Source: Eukaryota sp. TZLM1-RC
Lineage: Eukaryota; Protista; Metamonada: BaSk clade
Length of the DNA stretch: 64,000 nt
NCBI GenBank assembly: GCA_040285825.1
Contig: JAUPSS010000001.1
Span: forward strand, 1,302,001 to 1,366,000
Direction of reading: 5' to 3'
The notes under the pieces are model-generated. The model was given only the letters and a program-made list of their open reading frames with translations, searched no databases and was not told the origin of the DNA. Position 1 is the first letter of the stretch; each line of letters begins with the position of its first letter. This document shows, in pieces, positions 25,201-34,957 of this stretch. Made by a program: the position numbers and the translations under genes.

Positions 25201-26327
25201 TCAACGCCGACGTCATTGGTCCTCTTCCAGAAGATCAAGAAGGCTACAAATACATCCTCGTATTTATCGACAGCTTCTCTAGGTTCACGATCATCGTGCC
25301 TTTAAAAGAGATAAATGCCAATCTTACTGCAGATGCATTAATTTGGAAAGTCTGTGCCATCTTTGGTATTCCATTTCAAATCCACAGCGATAATGGACCC
25401 GAATTTTCCAAGGCTGTCTTTGACGAATTAAGCAAATTTTTGGGCATAGAGGTGTCAAAGTCAATACCTAGGTTTTCCCCGTCCAACGGCCTGGTAGAGC
25501 GCCGACACAGAGACATCCTGCAAAACCTACGGAAATTGCTCGTAGACTTCAATGCCTACGATGTGTGGTCTGAATACTTGCCTTATGTGCAATTATTGAT
25601 CAACTCTTCCAAGAGCTCAATAACCAACCACACTCCATACCAAGTGATCTTTGGCTCAGATGTGTCTCCCAGATCAGACCCTGGCAAAATTCTTGAAATC
25701 ATTGAAAGCTCGACGTCTGAGTCATCTTTTATTCAAGAAATTCAATCTAAATTTCGAAGATTGAAAGAGAAACAGGAAAAGGCAGCACATCATCAAGCTT
25801 CCAAAGCTTCCAAGCTAGCTAGATCGTCAACTCCAAACCCTTTTGAAGTTGGTCAATTGGTATTGAGAGCATCTGGCTCTTCCGCTAAGCTTCATGGAGA
25901 CTATTTAGGACCCTTCCTAATTACTGAAATCGTATCCAATTCGTCTGTGAATATTAAGAATCTCTGCACAGGTACGATTGTCCAAGCTAGCGTCAAACAC
26001 TTAGCTCCCTGGCACTCCAGCTTGCCCACCAACGATGAGTTCCACTCCTGGGTCGCTGCTGGTGATGCCGAAGAACACATCATTGAAAAAGTGCTCAGCC
26101 AGGAAGGTGACTTTTGCCAAGTGCAATGGCCAGGAAAAGAGATCACCACTGAGCATGTGTCTACAGTCCAAAATACTGCCGCGTATAAAGACTTTATCAA
26201 GACTTCAAAAGCACGTCGCCGTACTAAAACCGCTCCTCCCAAGAAGCGTCATATTTCCATTAGTTCACCTCCTGTGACTAGAGCTTCCAGGGCTCGTCGC
26301 TCGAAAGAGAGGAAAAGGCAGTGTTAG
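19188..26327 (+). CDS. Gag-Pol polyprotein, single ORF (Gag-CCHC, PR, RT, RNase H, IN, chromodomain-like)
   Basis: CNFCKQMGHPTERC; IDSGA protease; LDLPKAFWQ and YIDD RT; CDASD/KELYAI/TDH/ADMLSR RNase H; HHCC plus D-D-E (NADVIGP, HSDNGPEF, NGLVER); GPF motif; HIIEKVL...VQWPG; domain order PR-RT-RH-IN. Confidence 0.97.
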   Translation: MSHDNPSHRPSIRIGSSPAQRRILEEETGPSSSPLTTDSASVPPSSVEASALPEATLPEGSTPKEDSSLPEDSVPMEGSSSPRDSVPVEGDNPPKDSIPSEGRSPSLVSYDDEDVEDSVAPLPPSHLRASEVPSSPLPERSSEVPPSPSTQNRETVQPSLASKEGLEDLPSSSSTKATEVPSSSLSSSSEVPPSHSQQLLPPVPTARRNIQNPAVPASGSPLTSTVSGVNNLSVSPHQASDSIPSLSNLPSYLSEEQRKRYEQIFSDLVEYEEPPKEFSPLPQHQVPPTAPSSEIDKIPGEVSKEYIERFLQEERNWEHRKRLDREIEARRGTSSTPAQLTPSQTSSYASSSVHHGASRQHNPYARYRDTRVIPGDPEAIPPTEMSNKRPPFHGPKVENDLGLWISPRIGPFLSDERITPETSRNDPEPTYEPRPGVRFMRTTREGVFRRFAGDEDNLFINVHNPCPYPRFSPGYNASLDILIDRDYRTGWWFTETTYGERLFLYDRRPDHIASYCGPDHRRSGNLQRALQLVTVFPGCIESRMLKWVMVEGRIEKTRLVQPAISSYQVPAQIEETEPSPEPHQNEVPSSVEQPMETSTEPPTQPSHNPPMEQTEEDVVVEVSDESPTPDSIPTVLTPMEHTPVPAQPMEQSVVPPTLLSTSSTSSQPPVQPTPSTVSSSRSTFSGTYDSNLLLSSMVGSRDRDNRRRDRPKRPTLDASDLRNVDKLLKFVNKFILWSRTDRIVDEARGNIEDPAQVALASEVARLREELELARSAELASDQRFDSEPIHEWDLFRSAMRISPRGLAECVTPEALNALRYQGTGLSISSAMVPTSRDERNIWEQILRRTQFSRLDQALDALHAVNMDWSERDYGNRWIDFMLNIGRVLTRSTAIQDVRGLTHQMRNITIHGNPVDRLPEWEIASHVIESIGITIIRDRLLRIWSNPSHYYSDGHTLGEFFSVLQIEYENFCNARSFKEQINHVDFLYQNRISFQTENRRRQTVPSPPAIPKTRGSSSGRRPKQQRREGSSTQPSSTQSDVNVQCNFCKQMGHPTERCPSEDCQRSKKWREQQAQHKARGRGSRGSGFRSRRGTRGRGKGSSSYNKRSRHYLHSFETIPPTTTTHSHTENTTWKDSLINPLANLEHTKTHNIQANFFSEQAEYDSDTIFMVQSIKSTTNCLQLNFLINNVEVKGIIDSGATCSVVTEDVISNCNMARSNETISYKIADGSTSQSLGTASGTLSIRLGSVSQIVHVKHKFSIVPGHETILIGADLLSHLGLMNNKGIYIRMDDACRTLLLPEAEFDHRISQASEVVNVSTRWLEHINSSGCTINLDNDHFKKSLLQTLKEFEDVFTLKPHAEGIDCPPMEINFYNEDVRVRRPPRTLNPARLEVANQIFDKLVDSGFAVPSNHEFSSPVCLVVYPDHRKPRLTGDYSGKDGVNANTIPVEPNLPRISDRLVFLSQANYIGTLDLPKAFWQLKIAEKDWQKTALSIPGKSIMFKRAAFGLKNVPAVFQNVMADIFSGDGVFIYIDDIIIIGSTFDEFIERLRRVLDQARCKRVSLGLPKCHFVSSRHPIKILGSVFQNKQRTIDPTRVESLLNLPRPKTIKDVRSLVGSVNFIREWLPQVSELIAPIIRLTKKDGTNSNVKPKPRAQRLQWTDMHDGLLQKIKQLIAKHMPLSLPPQENQILISCDASDIAVGGVIWEQIEQVDDPGTPLINRKCRPISFFSRLLTNSQKNWPTNQKELYAILLMLTQSGFENYLKGRKLVIFTDHQNLTYMFTAPEKNRIVTRWLPIFSEFCFDLVHTKGEDNFWADMLSRIVPPIDHQEINHLSHQMPPNFHPIFYIDKIDGTENERYYIEDLNNFERIMVIRERCSNDLPIFEPWLCRIRSEQKLAIASKDPSFNNCVHNNHLDLYMTHDNKIVIPKSLIKDTLNLLHGLLQGGHPSKAESLNKLRNSDYWWPNMLTDMNKHVQECPSCQKTKPVPKLHVPPTGSLWADRPFARVNADVIGPLPEDQEGYKYILVFIDSFSRFTIIVPLKEINANLTADALIWKVCAIFGIPFQIHSDNGPEFSKAVFDELSKFLGIEVSKSIPRFSPSNGLVERRHRDILQNLRKLLVDFNAYDVWSEYLPYVQLLINSSKSSITNHTPYQVIFGSDVSPRSDPGKILEIIESSTSESSFIQEIQSKFRRLKEKQEKAAHHQASKASKLARSSTPNPFEVGQLVLRASGSSAKLHGDYLGPFLITEIVSNSSVNIKNLCTGTIVQASVKHLAPWHSSLPTNDEFHSWVAAGDAEEHIIEKVLSQEGDFCQVQWPGKEITTEHVSTVQNTAAYKDFIKTSKARRRTKTAPPKKRHISISSPPVTRASRARRSKERKRQC
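19213..19234 (+). promoter_or_regulatory. palindromic stem at the PBS position (gacc-at-CAATACGTATTG-ggtc)
   Basis: Perfect 12-bp palindrome 19219-19230 beginning with the LTR-terminal CA; the same architecture is in families B and C. Confidence 0.8.
26303..26321 (+). promoter_or_regulatory. polypurine tract
   Basis: gaaagagaggaaaaggcag directly abutting the 3' LTR. Confidence 0.85.
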
Positions 26328-26471
26328 TCTTGAATAGTATTTATAGTAATAGTTTAGTTATTAGTATTCCGCCTGTTAGCTTAAGAAGAGAGAACACAAT
26401 TCCTCTTCGTAATAAATTACTTTACATTTACTCAAGCTATGTCACACGATAACCCTAGCCATAGACCATCA
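26322..26471 (+). repeat. 3' LTR, family A
   Basis: Identical to the 5' LTR; followed by TSD GCAA. Confidence 0.97.
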
Positions 26472-29400
26472 GCAAACAGCTCCCTCGATTACTTTGCAGT
26501 TCATTTTTCATCACCAATTATTCAGTTTTTCCGCACAACAGTTTTGCAAATGTGTTCACCACAGCTTACACTTCCTCCAACACCAACTCAAGGTAAAGAA
26601 TTAATAGTAAATGGTACCAATTTAGGTCATGATTTATTATTGCTTTCAAGTAGTACTATTAATTTTATACCAGATTCCCCAATCAATCACGAAACTATCG
26701 CAGTTGTTGTCCCTCCAGGTGTTGGTTGTCATGACGTGGAAGTCAAACGAAGTCTTGATACTATTGTTGAATTTACGACCTTTTGTTTTGAACCTCCCTC
26801 AATTGACTTTGCTAAACAAAACCCTTATAAACTGGAAGAGTTTGTTGTTATCTATGGTAACAATTTCTTTGACAGTCCAGATTTAATTGAGGTGGATTTG
26901 CAAAATTCAACTTTTCTTTACTCTCTGACTTCTATAAACCATACAGTTATCGTTTTAAAAATAGAAAATATTTGTAATTTATCATTCAACAATGTTCCAA
27001 TAGTTATTACCATTGGTGGACAGGTTTCTAATACTTACCAGTTGGGAATGAATTTTCCAACTTATATTACAAGTTCACAGTTACTCAACCCATTTGATGA
27101 GGAATTTTTTTTGACTTTGAATCAAGATATTACCTTTAATACGTTATCCCAATGTAATGATATAGAAGTTGTTGGCAATGTTCCTTTAAACTGGACGATT
27201 GCTGACCCTACTGAATTTGAGCTAAATTTTGACCTAGCTGGAGTTGATACTTTGCAGCTTCTTGTTCAGCTGTCTAAGAACTATATGCAGCTAATAGAAG
27301 TTCCAGTTGTTGATTTTTATGTTTTACCCACAGACTATATTTGTATTTCACACCGAATCTGCATAATTAAAGTTTGTGTACTTTTTGAAAATGTTGATTT
27401 ACATGACTATTTCCCAATTGGCGATGGTAATATCTTGATTTTTGATTATGAATTTGCTGGAAGTGGGTGTCTATTGATTAATTTTAAAATCAAAGAAGCA
27501 AACAATGAAGCAAACATTCAGTAATGCTCTGAATCTCTTTGCAGTACTCTTCAAGGTCTACCAAAAGTAGTCACTATTGATTCATTAAGTCCAAGGTTAG
27601 TTCAATGGGAATATAGGACAACTGATGTGTCAATTACTTTGACAGGTGAAAATTTTGACTTTTACAACAACAGTCTTTGGGAACATTCATTTTTGTTTGG
27701 TGGTAAAGTGATTGATTTTTCTATTCAAGGACCAACCTCCGTTACCTTCACCTTTGAATTTACTTCAATGGGTAACCAATCATTGCAATATATTGGTTTT
27801 GGTAGCGTTGTTGAATTATTTACTATTAATTGTGATGATGTTCTAGTTATTGTGCCTTTTTATTTCCCTCAATCAGAATTGATTATTTACTCCCATTTTA
27901 GTCAGTCTTATTTGGAATTATTTTACGGTAATCAGTTTTTTAAAATCTTTGCTGGTGAAAACTTTTTGATAACACAAAATGAAGGAAATTCATTATTTCT
28001 TAACTCTAGAACGGTATCAGAAATGATTGAACTTGGCCATATTTCGAGGGTTATTAAAGTCAATGTTTCTTATAATTGTTCAATTACTTTCCCCCATTCT
28101 GATACATATATTGAGATTTATTCGTTAAGTAAATGTTTTGTTAAATATTCTTCAACTGATACCCAGATCGAATTAGAAGTATTTGGATCTGAAGTGGGGG
28201 TGTGTGTAATTGAATTAGTGGTTAGTTATCACGAGTCGAAAGTTACAAAGGAAATAGTATTTCAAATAGTTGAACCACCAAAATTGGAGTTATTGGGAAA
28301 TAGTTATCTTTTAAAGTCTGATAATATTACTTTGACTGCTTTAATCAAATCAGGATTCAGTAGCTTCAACGATTTTTACCTGGCTATTGACAATAAATAT
28401 TTGGCCAATAGGTTGATTTCATTTGTGGAGAATGCAGAATATTATGTTCAAACAATTGAGTTTATTCTAACGCCAATTAATTTGAACTTAACTAAACCCG
28501 TAAGCTTTTTGAATTTAGAATTAGATTCTGATTTATTTGGCACAATGTTGGTAGCAGAATTACAAATTTTTGACGTTGAACTCTTTACAAATTCTACGGT
28601 TTCCTTTTTTGAACCAAGAGATGTTCTTATCGAAGCTAATGTTGAACTCAAACCACCATTACATTGTGTCATTCAAGGTAAATCATTTGACGTCATCATT
28701 GATGGTTTTAATCTAATCTGCAAAAATGTCATTATTTCTACTTACAAGGAATTTGTAAAAGTTAGTATTTACTATTTTGACTTGGAAATTGGTAGTTTGG
28801 AGTTAACTTCTGAACCCTTTTTTGTAGACCAATGTTTCGTTCCAGATCACGTTTCCCATGTTCAATATACAGATTTGTTTATCAATAACGAACCATTAAT
28901 TCTCTTATTCGATAAAACTAGGTGTTGCCTTGTTGCACTTGGTGATTGCTATTCTGGTTTCAAAGCTGGAGAGGAGTTTACCATTGAATTTACAGAAACT
29001 TACGAAATAACATCAATTACTCTTACCACTAATTCTTCTTGTTCGGATTCCTTACAAAGCTCACCAATTAGACTTGGTAATTCCACCAATGATTTATGGA
29101 ATTGTGAATCACTTTTGAATGGTTTTGATGATGCTTTAATGTGTAGTATTGAGGTTGATTTTAGTAATGTGACCTCAATTTCATTTGAAATACTAGAAGA
29201 TTTACTACTATTTGAAGTAGAAATTCATGGATACAAAACTAACAAGTGTTTGAGACCAATGGATGATTTCTTAGGAATAACACCTAGTGGAGATTTTCTT
29301 TTTATTGATGGTTATTATGAATTTGCTGAAGGTAGGTTTGAAATGTTTGACTCAATTTACACACTATTAGATGATACAATTTTGAGTGAAGTTATTACAG

Positions 29401-31479
29401 AACCCTTTAATGTCAATTACTCATTTTTTTCTTCTGATTGTTACTATTCCACGTCAATACTGAGTGCTTTAATTGAGCCTCAAAATTCACAATCTATCAT
29501 TTCAGTTAATGATACAATTACTATGAATTCAAACTCATTTATTTTAAATTTTCAATGTCGTGATTCAAACAGCTTAATGGTTAATTGTTTTGAACCTAGT
29601 CAAACCAATTTAGTTAATTTTACAAGTTTCAGTTATAATTATTATATTCAGTCGTTTAATTCAATTAAGTTTGATATTCAAGGTATCATTCCAGAAAATC
29701 ATTCGATTATACTTGGAATTGTGGATGAATTAAAGTTGAATTTTCTACTTCTTCAGGAATTTAAAAAAGAACTATAAGTAAATTTGCTTCAGATTAATCA
29801 ATATAATCGTTTAAACTTGTTTTATAGCAGTTGTGTCCTTATCATTCTTGAATTAACACTAAATACTCAAGATTTACTGGTCAATTATACCCAATCACTC
29901 AGTTTATATGAAGTTGATTTATCTCATGATTTAATGATTACCCACTATGTGTCAAGTTTTAATGAATTAGAAGTAACAGGTTTACCATTAGGTGAAGTTG
30001 AAATGCTATTCTTTCACCAATCAACACTTGCTTCAGCTATGTTTACGTTAAACGACTGTGATTCAACTAGAATTAACCTAAATAATGAGTGTCTTTGTAA
30101 ACCAGGAACAGTTCTTGGTTCTGCAGGGGAGTGCAAACCTTGTCCATTGGGGTATTATTTAGATAATCCTCTGGTAGGTCAATGTATCAATTGCCCACAA
30201 AACAAAATTACTAAATCAATTGGTTCTTCAAATATTAGTGAATGTGTTTGTCCAAAATCTTCGTTTGATGATGGAAAAGTTTGCATTAAGTGCCCAAAAT
30301 TCAGCACTTGTGAATATGGTGCGTTAGCAACTGTTTCAAATGGTTATAAGTTTACCCTCAAAACAGGAGCAATTTCATGTCCTTATAGGTATTCATGTAG
30401 AAATAACCAATGTCGATTTAATACAAAAGGAATTGATTGTACTGAGTGTATTGAAGGAACCAAAAGGTATGGTTTTGTTTGTATTGGAGCAAGAACTTTT
30501 ACTTTTATAATTAGTGTAGCTTTTAATTTGGTTCTTGCTTTTTTATTGATACTCAGTGAACATTACCTGAGGTTTTCGAACAACTTTTATAACAAGATTC
30601 TGAATCAGTTCACGCAGTCTTCACTTTCAGCATCCACCACTCGCTCTCTTGTTCAGTCTAAAGGACAAATCATTTGTCCATTGAGACTTTTGATGGTTTT
30701 GTCAGTAGTAATTAATGGTAATGTACTTCTAATCACTGTACCTTTTTCTTTAAGTGCATCATTATTTGGTAATAGATTTGGGTTTTTGCTGTTGATTTTT
30801 TGTTTTATCGTTAACCATTATTTTTGTAGAAAAGTTTTTGGACACAAGTTCGCATTCAAAGACTCTTATTACTGCCATTTTTGCTTGTTTACTGGTTTTA
30901 TTGGTATTTATAGTAAATTAATTGAAATTAAGCTAGACATTGAAATGTTGCTGTTGTTTGGAGTGTCTGTTTATTGCTTTATTTTGATATGCAAGAAACA
31001 AAAAGATAATGATAGATTCACGTCATTGATAGCAGAAATGTTCCTACTAATTTTATTGTATTTACCATATACAATTCAATTAATTACCCAGACCATTGCT
31101 TTTCTTGTTTTGACATTTTATTCTGGTAGACACAATGGTTTTCTTGCGTATATAGGGTCTTTTTACAGTAGTTTATTCCTTGTTATTCATGTTCTTTTTT
31201 CGTAGTAAAAGAGGAGCTTTAGGGAAATTTTAGCAACAATTAAGTCAAAATGACATAATTGATTCAATTGAAATGAATCATTATTCCCAGTCTATTTGTT
31301 TTGAATTTAAGTTTGTATTTAATTTTTTGTGGTTTAGCCGGTGTTTATGGTGGGTTTCCTCAGCAATTAAAAATTCATGTACAATGCTTTTCTTTAATAA
31401 ATTTTCTTGATCAAGTTGAAATGTTTCATAATTTTTACTAAAACAAGAAGCAATTTAACACATTGGTATTACCAAGAGT

Positions 31480-32430
31480 TTGGTTATGTATGAGGCAGCA
31501 TTTTTGAGATGTGGTAAAAATTTTATCTTTGAATTTTTCCACAGGTTCCCTTATGATGTGGATTTGATTATATGGTGAATCAAATTTTTATTTAAATCAA
31601 CTTCAATTTGTATTAGGTCATTTGCCCAGTGATATCTGGATTCAGTGTTTTCCACAGAATGTTCCAGAATTTCCCAACCGATCACTTCCAAATTTACGTT
31701 TTTGCCTGAAAATGCCTCAACATTATCTGGTTAATTTATATGAAAGCTTGGATTATGAAGTAAGACTTGGCTTGGCCAAAACTGAAAATCCCGCTTTCGG
31801 AAATTTTCGAAAGGACATTCGAAACAATTTGGCTACAGCTTTAGTTTCTCAAATTGCATCTGCTGAAGGACTTTTGTTAGAAAACGATGAATGGCTTTTA
31901 AACATACGGTTTTGGTGCTTTCTATGGGCAAACAATTGGACCATTCGTTTAACTTGTCAATGTGGTAAACCTCTTTTGTTTACTCATCTTTTGAACTGTA
32001 AACATTTGATAACATTTCAAGGTAAAGTACGACATTATTTTCAGGGATCAAATTGATGTAATGTGTATATCATATTGAGTAGATTCAGTTATAGAGCCTC
32101 TGATATCGAAATAATTTCTTGATGAGTCCGATATTGATAGTACGTGCTACAACAGAGCTTCTATGGGTCGGAAATAGGGTGATTTGGTTCTGCCCGGCTT
32201 CAATCGTAGTTCTACCATTTTAAACGCCATATCAATTAACCCTTGTCATTCTTCTAACGAACATTTCATTAACTCGAATGTAAATGATTCTCTTTTTGCT
32301 TGCCAAAGTACAAAATTTCTCAATACGCGAAATTATCTCCTATGTTAATGAAAATTCTCAAGCCCATGAAAATTCATGTCCCTTTGTCTTTCTTTTGCTT
32401 GGACCTTTAGGTAAGGATGCCACTAACTTT
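31480..32430 (+). mobile_element. decayed CRE-like non-LTR fragment (same family as 4903-6945)
   Basis: PSDIWIQCFPQNV...LPNLRFCLK...CQCGKPLLFTHLLNCKH is near-identical to the 4960-6006 ORF. Confidence 0.85.
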
Positions 32431-32999
32431 TACAACCGGTGATAAAAAATTATTGTCAAGTACAAGAATCGATTAGTGGTTGTACTCTAGATTAAAAAGA
32501 AAAAACACAATGGTTACTCTTATCACCCAGCTTGTGTTTATTTGAAAAAAGCAGTTGTGTCGTTAATTTTGAAAAATATTGTACGTATTTTATAGGAAAA
32601 TGTTCTACGAAAAGCGTTGTTTGAGATCTTTTTCAGCATGTACAAAAAAACTTGAATAATTATGCTCAAAATTACAATAATTATCTCTATGATCTGTAAA
32701 TTGTATTTTAAATGATGTTGAATTCGTTCATAAAGATAACAGATCAAATAATGAATCATTGCATGCTGAGTGTTTGATAAAGTTATCAAATAATTTTTGA
32801 AAGAAGCAAATTTTTCGTTGCTTTAACTCAATTTGAAAATAAGGTTGTGTTTAAAAATAAATAAGTGATAGAACAATTGAAAAAATACCACCTTTTGAAG
32901 AGTTCAGTGATTTTCAAAGAAATGATTTAAAAACTGAAGTAAAAAAATTTTGTTAATTAAAAATTAAATTAATATTTTTGTTAAGTTTTCCCAAGTACT

Positions 33000-34690
33000 T
33001 GAGTTTAATGATGTCTAAATTTTATAAGGATTCATCAAGAGTTGGCGTGGAAAATTTAGTTTCTTATGTGTTTTAGTTTGTTCTATTTGATTCTTCGTAG
33101 AAAATGATTTGATTCAATAAATTGTTAATTAAAATAATTAAAAATTACAAAAAAGGTACAGCAGCAAATCTGTCTGGTTTCCGTTTGGTTCTTTTTTCTT
33201 CAATTATTAACGATGAATTAGCAGATATTCCAATGTATTTGGTAGATCATATGACCAATGGTACTTTGGATGAATCTCTATCAATTGTTTTGTTATCATC
33301 CGTCTCCCAGTTTAGTTTATATTTTAAATGGTTATATGGGAGACAATCAAATTTAATTTTTTATGATCAGCTTATTCCATCAAACACTGGTGTCAAGCAA
33401 GGTGATCCAATTTCATCTTTTTTATATACACTTGGTATTATTCACGTATTCTCATTTTTAAATAATTATCCAGGTGTCGAATTTAAAAGTTATTTAGATG
33501 ATATTTATATTCTTTGCCAAAAAAAGTGAATATTGAGTTGTTATTAAATGAATTAGAATTAATTGTCAAGCAAAATAGTTTGAAATTAAACTTGACAAAA
33601 ACCGAAGTGTTCTCAGTTGAAGATGATTTCATGTGCTTGGGATCTCCAATTGGTTCTACTGAATTTGATCCCTCTTTTATAATTCACAAAGTTCAAAATA
33701 AATTGATTTCCACTTTATATAAATACTTTTGATTTAATTTATGTGCCTCATTCTCTGGGAGGATTAGGGTTTCTTTATTTGGGACAAGTTGCACATATTT
33801 GCTATTCAGTTTCTGTATACTTGGCTGTACGTGATCTTGATTTAACAAATTTAATTCCAAGTGATCAGTGAAGGGTTTTATTATCAGCTTTATCACCTTC
33901 TTTTGCTGGTTTTGACTCGATCTGGGACAAACAAATTAAGATTTGCCAATGTCAAATCACTCCTTCATTTTATAAGGAAAAATTGAATCTATTGATGGAA
34001 AAACCATCAGAATGTGAACGAGTACAATTCATTTCCAATCGTAACAGTCAGTCATCTTGTTTTTTTGAAAGTTTTGCCCAGTTCTCAATATTTCACGTTC
34101 TCAGATGATTGATTTAAATATTTAATAAATCTGAGATTGCTTCAAGGAGAACAATTTGTGATATGTCCTTTGTGTGATTATAAAGACCAAGGCTTAGATC
34201 CCTCGTTCCAGTGTAAAAGATTCTCAAGAATGGTTACACACAGACATGACGAAGTAAATAATTTTATTAACGAATTAAAAAATGTTGAATCTGAAAAGGA
34301 ATTTAAATTTGGTTTAAATAAGCACTGACGTGTCGATGGCTTTCAAACGTCAATACAAATTGCCTTTGATGTTACCATAGATGGAAATTAATGTTATGAT
34401 TGGAGTGATGCGTTTTCGAAAGCTTTTTCTGATAAAATTTCGACATATTCAATTCAAAAGAATTAAATTTAATTAACCAAAGTGTTGCTCCGCTTTTGAG
34501 TGTTCATGGGGTTTTTGACACTAACAAAAAGATACCTTTTCATCAATTTGGATGGAATGAGGTAACAGCAGAAATTAGTTGTATCATTTTGAAGAATAGC
34601 TTTAAATGTCACAGTGCTTTTAATTATAAACTTCCAAAGAACAGAGAAAATTGTTAAGGTTGGTAGTTTTTGTAGTGTTCAAATAGTTTC
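33000..34690 (+). mobile_element. highly decayed non-LTR retrotransposon (RT + endonuclease remnants)
   Basis: KGTAA.LSG, TGVKQGDPISSFLY, SYLDD, LGSPIG, GGLG, CPLC...C...HRHDEV; many stops and deletions. Confidence 0.7.
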
Positions 34691-34957
34691 TTCTTAATTT
34701 TCAATAAAAGTAACGCGTATCAAAAACGATACTCTTACATTTACAAAAACGTTTTATTGAGTTTTCAACATTCAATTGCATACTTATAGATTTTTGGATT
34801 TATTTTCCATTTAATGTTTATAAATATTAATAAACTCAATTAATTCAAATCGATTTTCGAGAAGTGTCCACCCATTTATTACCACTTGCGACTATCAAAT
34901 AAAAGGAGATAGCTACTTAAATAATACCAAGAAAACATTTTCACTATTTACAATTTA

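Larger units (their letters stand above)
19071..26471 (+). mobile_element. intact Ty3/Gypsy (chromovirus-like) LTR retrotransposon, family A
   Basis: Identical 150-bp LTRs (19071-19220, 26322-26471) with TG...CA ends; 4-bp TSD GCAA (19067-19070, 26472-26475); PPT gaaagagaggaaaaggcag; empty-site paralog at about 16900-16930. Confidence 0.97.
12755..31205 (+). pseudogene. very large cell-surface protein gene (signal peptide, RCC1 repeats, beta-helix-like repeats, TIG/IPT-like, Cys-rich ectodomain, multi-TM C-terminus), disrupted by stops, internal duplications and an LTR insertion
   Basis: Collinear ORF pieces 12755-13849, 13857-14411, 14418-14702, 15020-16186, 16330-16890, 16941-17963, 17933-19070, 26476-27524, 27627-29777, 29784-31205. 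RCC1 motifs (SAGRGHSLAVLSNGKVKAWGGNFYGQLGDG), CKPCPLGYY...CINCPQNKITKSIGS...ECVC, and hydrophobic helices after about 30500. Confidence 0.75.

Noticed and set aside
19244-26277. Numerous short antisense or alternate-frame ORFs inside the retroelements
   Set aside because: Shadows of GC-richer, low-complexity gag-pol; no motifs and not conserved between families A and C
2098-29777. Recurrent in-frame TAA/TAG/TGA suggesting a reassigned genetic code
   Set aside because: Intact genes end in TAA or TAG (panE, YccF, Gag-Pol, vWA gene); paralogous positions show sense codons (14700 TGA vs TCT; 6007 TAA vs TAT); frameshifts co-occur. Pseudogene decay explains them.
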